Assembly: GCF_004010195.1 (NCBI RefSeq)
Contig: NW_025213748.1
Location: 1 to 35,687, forward strand
DNA: 35,687 nt
From: Chiloscyllium plagiosum
Lineage: Eukaryota
Reading direction: 5' to 3'
The number at the start of each line of letters is the position of its first letter. Positions within the stretch are counted from its first letter, which is position 1. Shown piece after piece: positions 1-11,310 of the stretch. The position numbers and the translations under genes were made by a program. The notes beneath the pieces are model-generated. The model searched no databases, was not told where the DNA came from, and saw only the letters and a program-made list of their open reading frames with translations.

Positions 1-3000
1 AGTTAGTGAATGTGGCCCGGAGCAGGAGGGTAGCGAATGTGGCCCGGTGCAGGAAGTTAGTGAATGTGGTCCAGAGCAGGAGGGTTGCGAATGTGGCCTG
101 GTGCAGCAGGGTAGTGAATGTGGCCTCGTGCAGGAGGGTAGTGAAAGTGGTCCGGTGCAGGAGTCTAGTGAATGTGGCCCGGTGCAGAAGGGTAGTGAAT
201 ATGATCCGGTGCTGGAGGGTAGCTAATGTGGCTCGGTGCAGGAGGGTAGCGAATGTGGAACGGTGCAGGAGAGTAGGGAATGTGGCCCGGTGCAGGGAGG
301 GTAGTGAATGTGGCTCAGTGCAGGAGGGTAGGGAATGTGGCCCGGTGGAGGAGGGAGTGAATGTGGCCCGGTACAGGAGGTTAGTGAATGTGGCCCGGTG
401 CAGGAGGGTAGTGAATGTGGCCCGGTGCAGGAGGGTCGCGAATGTGGCCTGGTCCAGGAAGTTAGTGAATGTGGCCCGGAGCAGGAGGGTTGCGAATGTG
501 GCCTGGTGCAGCAGGGTAGGGAATGTGGCCCGGTGCAGGAGGGTAGCGAATATGGCCCGGTGCAGGAGGGTAGTGAATGTGGCCTGTTTCAGGAGGGTAG
601 TGAATGTGGCCCAGTGCAGGTGGGTAGTGAATGTGGCCCGGTGCAGGATGGTAGTGAATGTGGCCTGGTGCAGCAGGGTAGTGAATGGGGCCCAGGGCAG
701 GAGGGGAGTGAATGTGGCCCGGTGCGGGAGGGTAGAGAATGTGGCCCGGTGCAGGAGGGTAGCGAATCTGGCCCAGGGCAGGAGGGAAGAGAATGTGGCC
801 CGGTGCAGGAGGGTAGCGAATGTGGCCCGGTGCAGGAAGTTAGTGAATGTGGTCCGGAGCAGGAGGGTTGCGAATGTGGCCTGGTGCAGCAGGGTAGGGA
901 ATGTGGCCCAGTGCATGAGGGTAGTGAATGTGGCCTGTTTCAGGAGGGTAGTGAATGTGGCCCAGTGCAGGATGGTAGTGAATGTGGCCTGGTGCAAGAG
1001 GGTAGTGAATGGGGCCCAGGGCAGGAGGGGAGTGAATGTGGCCCGNNNNNNNNNNNNNNNNNNNNNNNNNNNNNNNNNNNNNNNNNNNNNNNNNNNNNNN
1101 NNNNNNNNNNNNNNNNNNNNNNNNNNNNNNNNNNNNNNNNNNNNNNNNNNNNNNNNNNNNNNNNNNNNNNNNNNNNNNNNNNNNNNNNNNNNNNNNNNNN
1201 NNNNNNNNNNNNNNNNNNNNNNNNNNNNNNNNNNNNNNNNNNNNNNNNNNNNNNNNNNNNNNNNNNNNNNNNNNNNNNNNNNNNNNNNNNNNNNNNNNNN
1301 NNNNNNNNNNNNNNNNNNNNNNNNNNNNNNNNNNNNNNNNNNNNNNNNNNNNNNNNNNNNNNNNNNNNNNNNNNNNNNNNNNNNNNNNNNNNNNNNNNNN
1401 NNNNNNNNNNNNNNNNNNNNNNNNNNNNNNNNNNNNNNNNNNNNNNNNNNNNNNNNNNNNNNNNNNNNNNNNNNNNNNNNNNNNNNNNNNNNNNNNNNNN
1501 NNNNNNNNNNNNNNNNNNNNNNNNNNNNNNNNNNNNNNNNNNNNNNNNNNNNNNNNNNNNNNNNNNNNNNNNNNNNNNNNNNNNNNNNNNNNNNNNNNNN
1601 NNNNNNNNNNNNNNNNNNNNNNNNNNNNNNNNNNNNNNNNNNNNNNNNNNNNNNNNNNNNNNNNNNNNNNNNNNNNNNNNNNNNNNNNNNNGTAGTGAAT
1701 GTGGCCCGGTGCAGGAGGGTACGGAATGTGGCCTGGTGCAGGAAGGTGAGGAATGTGGCCCGGTGTAGGAGGGTAGTGAATATGGTGCGGTGCAGGAGGG
1801 TAGTGAATGTGGCCCTGTGCAGGAGTGCAGTGAATGTGGCCTGGTGCAGAAGGGTAGTGAATATGATCTGGTGCTGGAGGGTAACTAATGTGGCCTGGTG
1901 CAGGACGGTAGCGCATGTGGCCCGGTGCAGGAGTGTAGTGAATGTGGCCCGGTGCAGGAGTGTAGTGAATATGGTCCGGTGCAGGAGGGTAGTGAACGTA
2001 GGCCCGGTGCAGGAGTGTAGCGAATGTGGCCCGGTGCAGGAGTGCAGTGAATGTGGCCCGGTGCAGAAGGGTAGTGAATATGGTCCGGTGCAGGAGGGTA
2101 GTGAACGTAGCCCGGTGCAGGAGTGCAGTGAATGTGGCCTGGTGCAGAAGGGCAATTAATCTGGCCAATGCAGGAGGGTAGTGAATGGGGCCCCATGCAG
2201 GCGAGTAGTGAATATGGCTCGGTGCAGGAGGGTAGTGAATGTGACCCGGTACAGGAGGGTTGAGAATGTGGCCACGTGCAGGAGCGTAGGGATTGTGGCT
2301 CGATGCAGGAGGGTAGCAAATGTGGCCCGGTGCAGGAGCGTAGGGATTGTGGCTCGATGCAGGAGGGTAGCAAATGTGGCCCGGTGCAGGGGCGTAGGGA
2401 TTGTGGCTCGGTGCAGGAGGGTAGCAAATGTGGCCCGGTACAGGAGGGTAGAGAATGTGGCCCGGTGCAGGAGGTTGGCTAATGTGGCCCGGTGCAGGAG
2501 GGTGGAGAATGTGACCTGGTGCAGTAGAGTATTGAATATGGCCTGGTGCAGGAGGGTAGTGAATGTGGCCTCGTGCAGGAGGGTAGGGAAAGTGGTCCAG
2601 TGCACGAGGGTAGTGAATGTGGCCCAGTGCCGGAGGGTATCGAATGTGGCCCAGTGCAGGAAGTTAGTGAATGTGGCCCAGAGCAGGAGGGTAGTGAATG
2701 TGGCCTGGTGCAGGAGGGTAGCGAATGTGGCCGGTGCAAGAAGTTAGTGAATGTGGCTCGGTGCAGGAGGGTAGTGAATGTGGCCCGCCCTCCAGCACCG
2801 GACCACGTTCACTACCCTCCTGCACCGGGCCACATTCGCTACCCTCCAGCACCGGACCACGTTCACTACCCTCCTGCACCGGGCCACATTCGCTACCCTC
2901 CAGCACCGGACCACGTTCACTACCCTCCTGCACCGGGCCACATTCGCTACCCTCCAGCACCGGACCACGTTCACTACCCTCCTGCACCGGGCCACATTCG

Positions 3001-6000
3001 CTACCCTCCTGCACCAGGCCACATTTGTTACCCTCCTGCACAGGGCCTCATTTGCTACCCTCCTTCAACGGGCCACATTTGCTACCCTCATGCCCGAATG
3101 AATCTGGCCAAGTGCAGGAGGGTAGTGAATGTGGCCCAATGCAGGCGATAGTGAATATGGCATGGTGCAGGAGGGTAGTGAATGTGGCCCGGTACCGGAG
3201 GGTAGGGATTGTGGCTCTGTGCAGGAGGGTAGCAAATGTGGCCCGGTGCGGGAGCGTAGGGATTGTGACTCGATGCAGGAGGGTAGCAAATGTGGCCCGG
3301 TGCAGGAGCGTAGGGATTGTGGCTCGGTGCAGGAGGGTAGCAAATGTGGCCCGGTGCTGGAGGGTAGCGAATGTGGCCCGGTGCAGGAGGGTAGTGAACG
3401 TGGTCCGGTGCTGGAGGGTAGCGAATGTGGCCCGGTGCAGGAGGGTAGTGAATGTGGCCCGGTGCAGGAGGGTAGTGAANNNNNNNNNNNNNNNNNNNNN
3501 NNNNNNNNNNNNNNNNNNNNNNNNNNNNNNNNNNNNNNNNNNNNNNNNNNNNNNNNNNNNNNNNNNNNNNNNNNNNNNNNNNNNNNNNNNNNNNNNNNNN
3601 NNNNNNNNNNNNNNNNNNNNNNNNNNNNNNNNNNNNNNNNNNNNNNNNNNNNNNNNNNNNNNNNNNNNNNNNNNNNNNNNNNNNNNNNNNNNNNNNNNNN
3701 NNNNNNNNNNNNNNNNNNNNNNNNNNNNNNNNNNNNNNNNNNNNNNNNNNNNNNNNNNNNNNNNNNNNNNNNNNNNNNNNNNNNNNNNNNNNNNNNNNNN
3801 NNNNNNNNNNNNNNNNNNNNNNNNNNNNNNNNNNNNNNNNNNNNNNNNNNNNNNNNNNNNNNNNNNNNNNNNNNNNNNNNNNNNNNNNNNNNNNNNNNNN
3901 NNNNNNNNNNNNNNNNNNNNNNNNNNNNNNNNNNNNNNNNNNNNNNNNNNNNNNNNNNNNNNNNNNNNNNNNNNNNNNNNNNNNNNNNNNNNNNNNNNNN
4001 NNNNNNNNNNNNNNNNNNNNNNNNNNNNNNNNNNNNNNNNNNNNNNNNNNNNNNNNNNNNNNNNNNNNNNNNNNNNNNNNNNNNNNNNNNNNNNNNNNNN
4101 NNNNNNNNNNNNNNNNNNNNNNNNNNNNNNNNNNNNNNNNNNNNNNNNNNNNNNNNNNNNNNNNNNNNNNNNNNNNNNNNNNNNNNNNNNNNNNNNNNNN
4201 NNNNNNNNNNNNNNNNNNNNNNNNNNNNNNNNNNNNNNNNNNNNNNNNNNNNNNNNNNNNNNNNNNNNNNNNNNNNNNNNNNNNNNNNNNNNNNNNNNNN
4301 NNNNNNNNNNNNNNNNNNNNNNNNNNNNNNNNNNNNNNNNNNNNNNNNNNNNNNNNNNNNNNNNNNNNNNNNNNNNNNNNNNNNNNNNNNNNNNNNNNNN
4401 NNNNNNNNNNNNNNNNNNNNGAGGGTAGTGAATGGGGCCCAGGGCAGGAGGGGAGTGAATGTGGCCCGGTGCGGGAGGGTAGAGAATGTGGCCCGGTGCA
4501 GGATGGTAGTGAATGTGGCCCGGTGCAGGAGGGTAGTGAATGTGGCCCGGTGCAGGAGGGTAGTGAATGTGGCTCAGTGCAGGAGGGTAGTGAATATGGC
4601 CCGGTGCAGGAAGTTAGTGAATGTGGTCCGGAGCAGGAGGGTTGCGAATGTGGCCTGGTGCAGCAGGGTAGGGAATGTGGCCCGGTGCATGAGGGTAGTG
4701 AATGCGGCCTGTTTCAGGAGGGTAGTAGGAGTGTAGTGAATGGGGCCCAATGCAGGCGGGTAGTGAATATGGCTCGGTGCAGGAGGGTAGTGAATGTTGC
4801 CCGGTGCCAGAGGGTAGGGATTGTGGCTCGGTGCAGGAGTTTAGCAAATGTGGCCCAGTGCCGGAGCGTAGGGATTGTGGCTCGGTGCAGGAGGGTAGCA
4901 AATGTGGCCCGGTGCAGGAGGGTAGTGAATATGGACCGGTGCAGGGGGGTAGTGAATATGGCCCGGTGCAGGGCCGTAGTGAATGTGGCCCGGTGCAGGA
5001 GGGTAGTGAATATGGCCCGGTGCAGGAGGTTAGCGAATGTGGCCCGGTGCAGGAGGGTAGTGAATGTGGCCCGGTGCAGGAGGGTAGTAGATATGGCCCC
5101 GTGCAGAAGGGTAGGGAATGTGGCGCGGTGCAGGCGGGTAGCAAATATGGCCCGGTGCAGGAGGGTAGTGAATTTGGCCCGGTGCAGGATGGTCGGGATT
5201 GTGTCCCGGTGCAGGAGGGTAGCGAATGTGGCCGGGTGAGGGAGGGTAGCGAATGTGGCCCGGTGCAGGTGGGTAGTGAATGTGGCCCGGTGCAGGAGGT
5301 TAGTGAATGTGGCCCGGTGCAGGAGGGTAGTGAATGTGGCCCGGTGCAGGAGGGTAATGAATGTGGCCCAGTGCAGGAGAGGTTTGAATGTGGCCCGGTG
5401 CAGGAGGGTAATGAATGTGGCCCAGTGCAGGAGGGTAATGAATGTGGTCCAGTGCAGGAGGGTAGTGAATGTGGTCCGGTGCAGGAGGGTAGAGAGTGTG
5501 GTCCGGTGCAGGAGGGTAACGAATGTCGCCCGGTGCAGGAGGGTAGTGAATGTGGCCTAGTGCAGGAGGGTAGTGAATGTGGCCTGGTGCAGGAGGGTAG
5601 TGAATGTGGCCCAGTGCAGGAGGGTAGCGAATGTTGCCTGGTGCAGGAGGGTAGAGAGTGTGGNNNNNNNNNNNNNNNNNNNNNNNNNNNNNNNNNNNNN
5701 NNNNNNNNNNNNNNNNNNNNNNNNNNNNNNNNNNNNNNNNNNNNNNNNNNNNNNNNNNNNNNNNNNNNNNNNNNNNNNNNNNNNNNNNNNNNNNNNNNNN
5801 NNNNNNNNNNNNNNNNNNNNNNNNNNNNNNNNNNNNNNNNNNNNNNNNNNNNNNNNNNNNNNNNNNNNNNNNNNNNNNNNNNNNNNNNNNNNNNNNNNNN
5901 NNNNNAATGTGGCCCGGTGCAGGAGGGTAGCGAATGTGGCCCGGTGCAGGAGGGTAGCGAATGTGGCCCGGTGCAGGAGGGTAGCGAATGTGGCCCGGTG

Positions 6001-8168
6001 CAGGAGGGTAGCGAATGTGGCCCGGTGCAGGAGGGTAGCGAATGTGGCCCGGTGCAGGAGGGTAGCGAATGTGGCCCGGTGCAGGAGGGTAGCGAATGTG
6101 GCCCGGTGCAGGAGGGTAGCGAATGTGGCCCGGTGCAGGAGGGTAGCGAATGTGGCCCGGTGCAGGAGGGTAGAGAATGTGGCCCGGTGCAGGAGGGTAG
6201 AGAATGTGGCCCGGTGCAGGAGGGTAGAGAATGTGGCCCGGTGCAGGAGGGTAGAGAATGTGGCCCGGTGCAGGAGGGTAGAGAATGTGGCCCGGTGCAG
6301 GAGGGTAGAGAATGTGGCCCGGTGCAGGAGGGTAGAGAATGTGGCCCGGTGCAGGAGGGTAGAGAATGTGGCCCGGTGCAGGAGGGTAGAGAATGTGGCC
6401 CGGTGCAGGAGGTTAGTGAATATGGCCCGTAGGAGGAGGGTAGTGACTGCGGTCTGGTGCAGGTGGGTACCGAACGTGGCTCGGAGCAGGAGGATAGTGA
6501 ATGTGGCCCGGTGCAGGAGGGTAGCAAATGTGGCCCGGTGCAGGAGGGTAGCGAATGTGGCCCGGTGCGGGAGGGTAGAGAATGTGGCCCGGTGCAGGGG
6601 TGTAGTGAATGTGGCCCGGTGCAGGAGGGCAATGAATCTGGCCAAGTGCAGGAGGGTAGTGAATGTGGCCCAATGCAGGAGAGTAGTGAATATGGCATGG
6701 TGCAGGAGGGTAGTGAATGTGGCTCGGTGCCGGAGGGTAGGGATTGTGGCCCGGTGCCAGAACATAGGGATTGTGGCTCGGTGCAAGAGGGTAGCAAATG
6801 TGGCCCGGTGCCGGAGCGTAGGGATTGTGGCTCGGTGCAGGAGGGTAGCAAATGTGGCCCGGTACAGGAGGGTAGAGAATGTGGCCACGTGCAGGAGGGT
6901 AGCGAATGTGGCCAGGTGCGGGAGTGCAGTGAATGTGGCCCAGGGCAGGAGGTTGGCTAATGTGGCCCGGTGCAGTAGAGTAGTGAATATGGCCTGGTGC
7001 AGGAAGGTAGTGAATGTGGGCCGGTGCAGGAGGGGAGTGAATGTGGCCGGGTAAAGGAGGGTAGCGAATGTGGCCCGGTGCAGGAGGGTAGTGAACGTAG
7101 CCCGGTGCAGGAGGGTAGTGAATGTGGCCCGGTGCAGGACTGCAGTGAATGTGGCCCGGTGCAGAAGGGTAGTGAATGTGGCCCGGTGCAGAAGGGTAGT
7201 GAATATGATCCGGTGCTGGAGGGTAACTAATGTGGCTCGGTGCAGGAGGGTAGCGAATGTGTACCGGTGTAGGAGGGTAGAGAATGTGGCCCGGTGCAGG
7301 AGGGTAGTGAATGAGGCCCGGTGCAGGAGGGTAATGAACGTGGCCCGGTGCAGGAGGGTAATGAACGCGGCCCGGTGCAGAAGGGTAGGGAATGTGGCCC
7401 AGTGCAGGAGGGTAGAGAATGTGGCCCGTTGCAGGAGGGTAGGGAATGTGGCCCGGTGCAGGAGGGTAGAGAATGTGGCCCGTTGCAGGAGGGTAGGGAA
7501 TGTGGCCCGGTGCAGGAGGGTAGAGAATGTGGCCCGTTGCAGGAGGGTAGGGAATGTGGCCCGGTGCAGGAGGGTAGAGAATGTGGCCCGTTGCAGGAGG
7601 GTAGGGAATGTGGCCCGGTGCAGGAGGGTAGAGAATGTGGCCCGTTGCAGGAGGGTAGGGAATGTGGCCCGGTGCAGGAGGGTAGAGAATGTGGCCCGTT
7701 GCAGGAGGGTAGGGAATGTGGCCCGGTGCAGGAGGGTAGAGAGGGTAGTGAATATGGCCCGGTGCAGGAGGGTAGTGAATATGGCCTGGTGCAGGAGGGT
7801 AGTGAATGTGGCCCGGTTCAGGACGGTAGTGAATGTGACTCGGTGCAGGAGGGTAGCGAATATGGCCCGGTGCAGGAGGGTAATGAATGTGGCCCAGTGC
7901 CGGAGAGTAGGGAATGTGGCCCGTGCAGGAGCGTAGTGAACGTAGCCCGGTGCAGGAGGGTAGTGAATATGATCCGGTGCTGAAGGGTAGCTAATGTGGC
8001 TCGGTGCAGGAGGGTAGCGAATGTGGACTGGTGCAGGAGAGTAGGGAATGTGGCCCGGTGCAGGAGTGTAGGGAATGTGGCCCGGTGCAGGAGGGTAGTG
8101 AATGAGGCCCAGTGCAGGGGGTAGCGAATGTGGCCCGGTGCAGGAGGGTAGTGAATATGATCCGGTGC
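1..8168 (+). repeat. 27-bp tandem satellite/minisatellite, consensus GAATGTGGCCCGGTGCAGGAGGGTAGT, running off the left edge of the window
   Basis: Unit repeats continuously from 1 to ~8168, interrupted by N gaps at 1046-1691, 3480-4420 and 5664-5905 and by an inverted block at ~2788-3095. The 27-bp period explains the ECGPVQEGS / NVARCRRVV / PHSLPSCTG translations. Confidence 0.97.
2788..3095 (-). repeat. Inverted block of the same satellite (four 54-bp dimers plus ~3 degenerate monomers)
   Basis: Sequence switches to the C-rich strand (CCCTCCAGCACCGGACCACGTTCACTACCCTCCTGCACCGGGCCACATTCGCTA x4, 2788-3003) and returns to the G-rich strand at ~3096. Confidence 0.93.
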
Positions 8169-8657
8169 CGTGTGAGGACACAACTGGCCTCACCGCAGTG
8201 ACAAGGGGCAATGGTGGGCAGGTGCAGGATTACCAATAGACAGGTTGAGTCGATGTGAAGCCTGAAGGTACATGGGATTTGGATGTCTGGGGGATCATAA
8301 AAACAGAGAGACGGAGGCTTGAAACCATTGTCCAAAGTGTACTCACTGTCACCTTCCATTGTGCTGAAATTTAAACTACTCAGTGGGAAAAAAGAAGCAA
8401 TAAGCACGTTGACTGAGGTGAAAGTGGTGGGCACAAGTGGGTGAAAGGTGATGAAAAATCCCAGGTGAGTGACTAGGAAGCACGGTGACAATGCAAAGTT
8501 AGCAATGTGGGGGATTGCACCTCGAATTACAGTGAGTGAGGGAAGATGTTGCTTGCAATAGTGAGAGTGGAAGAACCTGATCCTTGGTGAGAGATGGGTG
8601 CAGCAGAAGAGATAGAGTGAGTGTGAGGCACTGAGAGAAGAAGAGTGTGGCACTTAC

Positions 8658-9074
8658 CCCAGCAGAACGTAGGTGATTGACCTCTATCCTACTGAAACTG
8701 GGCCTTTCATCATATGACATTATTCAGATGGAGCAAAGCACAGAAAACCTGTATGATGTTTCTACTGCAAGTACAGGGCTACAATCACCACTTCTCTGTC
8801 CCCCCAACCAACTCTCAAAGCAATATTGCTGTTATTTGTTTTGCAAATTTGCTTAAAATAGGTTCAATTATATATTTAAATTTGAAATAAAAATGTGACT
8901 GTTAAATGTTCTTCAGACAGTGTAAACTGCACTGACCTGGATGGCAACCTTGGGCCAGGCTGCTAGGCCTCCTCTGCCAGTTCCGTGGATGGCCCTCCTC
9001 TGGCCCATTCTGTCCACTAAGACCTCTAGGTTCCTGGTGGAGAACTATGGTACTACTTTCCCCTTGTCTGACAT
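8658..9074 (-). pseudogene. Degenerate Myb/SANT-like DNA-binding gene of the PIF/Harbinger-associated type
   Basis: Manual translation from ATG 9074 gives MSDKGKVVP*FSTRNLEVLVDRMGQRRA...AAWPKVAIQVSAVYTV*RT. After ~200 bp of interruption comes SRIEVNHLRSAG followed by a GTAAGT donor (GT at 8657-8656). This resembles the 'PRFS..LE.L....W..VA..VSA...RT..QCRKK.NDL.R.A' pattern of Harbinger Myb/SANT proteins. In-frame stops are present. Confidence 0.55.
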
Positions 9075-9218
9075 CTTCAGAACGACTGCTCATCACTAAC
9101 AAGGCAAATGGTTCGAGGGATGAATGTGGATCAAAACTTTTCTTAATCTCTTCAAATAGCACCATAAGATCATGACAGCAAACCCAATCAGTTACAGCGG
9201 TTTGACTTAGCATTTCTT

Positions 9219-9350
9219 TTGAAATATGTTGTCTCCAACAATGCAGCATTCCCTCAGCACTTTTCAGAGTTTTTGCCTGGAATACTTTCTCAAGCCTCTG
9301 GAATGAAGTTAAAACTCTTAGCCTTCTTGTACAGAAACAAGAGTGCTACA
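9219..9350 (-). mobile_element. Old tRNA-derived SINE 5' fragment (SacSINE1/DeuSINE-like)
   Basis: Reverse complement reads GTAGCACTCTTGTTTCTG..AGAAGG...TTCCAGAGGCTTGAG...GTGCTGAGGGAATGCTGCATTGTTGGAG, a degenerate match to the head of shark DeuSINE-type elements as I recall them. Confidence 0.55.
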
Positions 9351-10032
9351 TCTACAGCACATTCTGGAGAGGGAAGGTGAACAGTCAGTGATCATGGTAC
9401 ATATTGGTATGGATGATACGGTAAGATAAAGGAATGAGGCCCTAAAAGCAGAATATGGGAAGTTAGGAAGTAAGTTAAAATTTAAGACCTTAAAGCTGGG
9501 GTGCCAGTCCCACTAGCTAGTCAGAGTAGAAATTGCAAGATGAGCACATGGCTGAAGAGATGGTGCAGGGGGTATTTCAGATTCCTGGGGCATTGGGACA
9601 GATTCTGGCGGAGGTAAAACAAATGGAAACTGTGTAGGGGTTACACATGGACAGGAGAACTCACTAGAGTGTTTGGGGAGTCTTTAACTAAAATAGTGGG
9701 ATGCTGAGAACCTATGCAAGGAGTCAAAAGAAGGAGAAACAAGGACAAAAACAAAAGACTAAAAGGGGAATAAGAAAAGGCAGAGAAATCAAGGTTCCGG
9801 ATCAAACAGGTTAAATAGTGGGAACAGAACATGCAATGCTGAAAAGACAAGCCTTAAGGTTTTGTGCCTTAATACGTAGAGCATTCAAAATAAAGTAGAT
9901 GAATTAATCATGCAAATAGCTGAAAACAAATTGACCTAATCAGGGTTATGGAGACAAGGCTGCAGGGTGACCAGGGGTGGGAACTGAATATACAGAAGTA
10001 TTCAGTATTTAGGAATGATAGACAGAAAGGAC

Positions 10033-10340
10033 TGGTTAGCACTGCTGCCTCACAGCGCCAGAGACCCGGGTTCAATTCCCGACTCAGGCGACTGACTGTG
10101 TGGAGTTTGCACATTCTCCCCGTGTCTGCGTGGGTTTCCTCCGGGTGCTCCGGTTTCCTCCCACAGTTCAAAGATGTGCAGGGCCGGTGAATTGGCCATG
10201 CTAAATTGCCTGTAGTGTTAGGTGAAGGGGTAAATGTAGGGGAATGGGTGGGTTGCGCTTTGGCGGGTCGGTGTGGACTTGTTGGGCCGAAGGGCCTGTT
10301 TCCACACTGTAAGTAATCTAATCTAAGTAATCTAATCTAA
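10033..10340 (+). mobile_element. HE1-type (V-SINE superfamily) tRNA-derived SINE, slightly 5'-truncated, inserted in the LINE endonuclease region
   Basis: TGGTTAGCACTGCTGCCTCACAGCGCCAGAGACCCGGGTTCAATTCC (B box), V-domain GTGGAGTTTGCACATTCTCCCCGTGTCTGCGTGGGTTTCCTCCGGGTGCTCCGGTTTCCTCCCACA, CR1-like tail GGGCCGAAGGGCCTGTTTCC and (TAATC)n end. Candidate TSD AAAGGA at 10026-10031 and 10344-10349. Confidence 0.92.
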
Positions 10341-10665
10341 AAAAAAGGAAAGGGCTGGTGGAATTGTATTTCTGGTTAAAGAAGAAATTAAGGCATTAGT
10401 GAGGAAAGATATTTGCTCTAATATTCCTGGAGTGCATACAGAATGATTTTCTGAACTAATGCATTGAGGAATCAAATAGAGAATAGGCCATCCTAGACTG
10501 GGTAATGTACAAAGTGAAAGAAATAATTGGCAATATAGCTGTGTGAGGAAACTTGGGGATGACTGGCCATAATATGACAAAATTCCTCATCAAGATGGAG
10601 AGTGATGCAGTTGATTCTGAGACTGGATCCTAAATGTAAATAGAGGAAACCACGATGGTATGAGA

Positions 10666-10716
10666 TAGACAATAGGTGCAGGAGTAGGCCATTCTGCCCT
10701 TCGAGCCTGCACCACA
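10666..10716 (-). mobile_element. Very short antisense CR1/SINE 3'-end insertion
   Basis: Reverse complement GTGCAGGCTCGAAGGGCAGAATGGCCTACTCCTGCACCTATTGTCTA is the CR1-type 3' terminus. The host LINE sequence resumes after it. Confidence 0.75.
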
Positions 10717-10747
10717 ATGCATGTTGGTTATAATAGATCGGAGGACG

Positions 10748-11310
10748 ATAGAACATAGAATGTAAAACATAGATTTTTATAGCACAGGAATGGGTCCTTA
10801 CACCCACAATGTTGTGTTGAACATGATGCCAAATTAAACTAACCCCTTCTGCGTGCCTGTAGTCCATATCCCTCCACTCCTTGCATATTCATGTGCTTAT
10901 CTAAAAGTCCCTTAAAGGCCCCTAATGTATCTGCCTCCACCACAAACCCTGCCAGCATGTTCCAGACTCCTATTATAGCCAGTTCTGCTATAATATGGTA
11001 GTTCTGTTTGAGCACAATCCCATGTTATAAGAAAATCGCATAATAGCAGCACCATTTCAAATAATGGGGTTGGAATCGTGTTATAACCAACACATGCTTT
11101 AAAAGTCTGCACTTTAGAAACAGTGTCTTCAATTCGCTGATCATGTTGTAGCGAATTTGCATCAATGAAATGCGTGTTATAGCAAAATGATCTGTACTCT
11201 CTGTGTAAAAAACTTGCCCTTCACTTCACCTTTGACCTTTTCCCCTTTCACCTTAAATGCATGCCCCTAATATTAGATATTTCAACTCTGGGAAAAAGAT
11301 TCTGACCGTC
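10748..11310 (-). mobile_element. Antisense 5'-truncated CR1-type LINE 3' fragment, itself split by a MITE
   Basis: Starts with an (ATAGAAC)n-type tail, then TATCTAAAAGTCCCTTAAA...GCCTCCACCAC. Continues after 11196 with CTCTCTGTGTAAAAAACTTGCCC...CACCTTAAATGCATGCCCC. The host LINE resumes at ~11311 (KGMTVERQ). Confidence 0.8.
10976..11194. mobile_element. ~219-bp Tc1/mariner (Tigger/pogo-like) MITE
   Basis: Flanked by TA at 10974-10975 and 11195-11196. Imperfect TIRs: TAGCCAGTTCTGCTATAATATG versus the reverse complement of the right end, CAGATCATTTTGCTATAACACG (14/22 identical). It interrupts the contiguous antisense LINE fragment. Confidence 0.7.

Noticed and set aside
1..8168. CRISPR-like array
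   Set aside because: Units are head-to-tail with no unique spacers, there are no cas genes, and the context is vertebrate.
6..8211. Long repetitive ORFs (ECGPVQEGS, NVARCRRVV, PHSLPSCTG, ATFTTLLHR, GHIHYPPAP) as a novel structural or Cys-rich protein
   Set aside because: The 27-bp consensus is stop-free in five of six frames, ORFs run through N gaps, frames shift at indels and at the inversion, variant units introduce stops, and there is no unique N- or C-terminal domain.
10033..10080. tRNA gene
   Set aside because: The A/B-box region is the head of a SINE and continues into the V-domain and LINE-derived tail.
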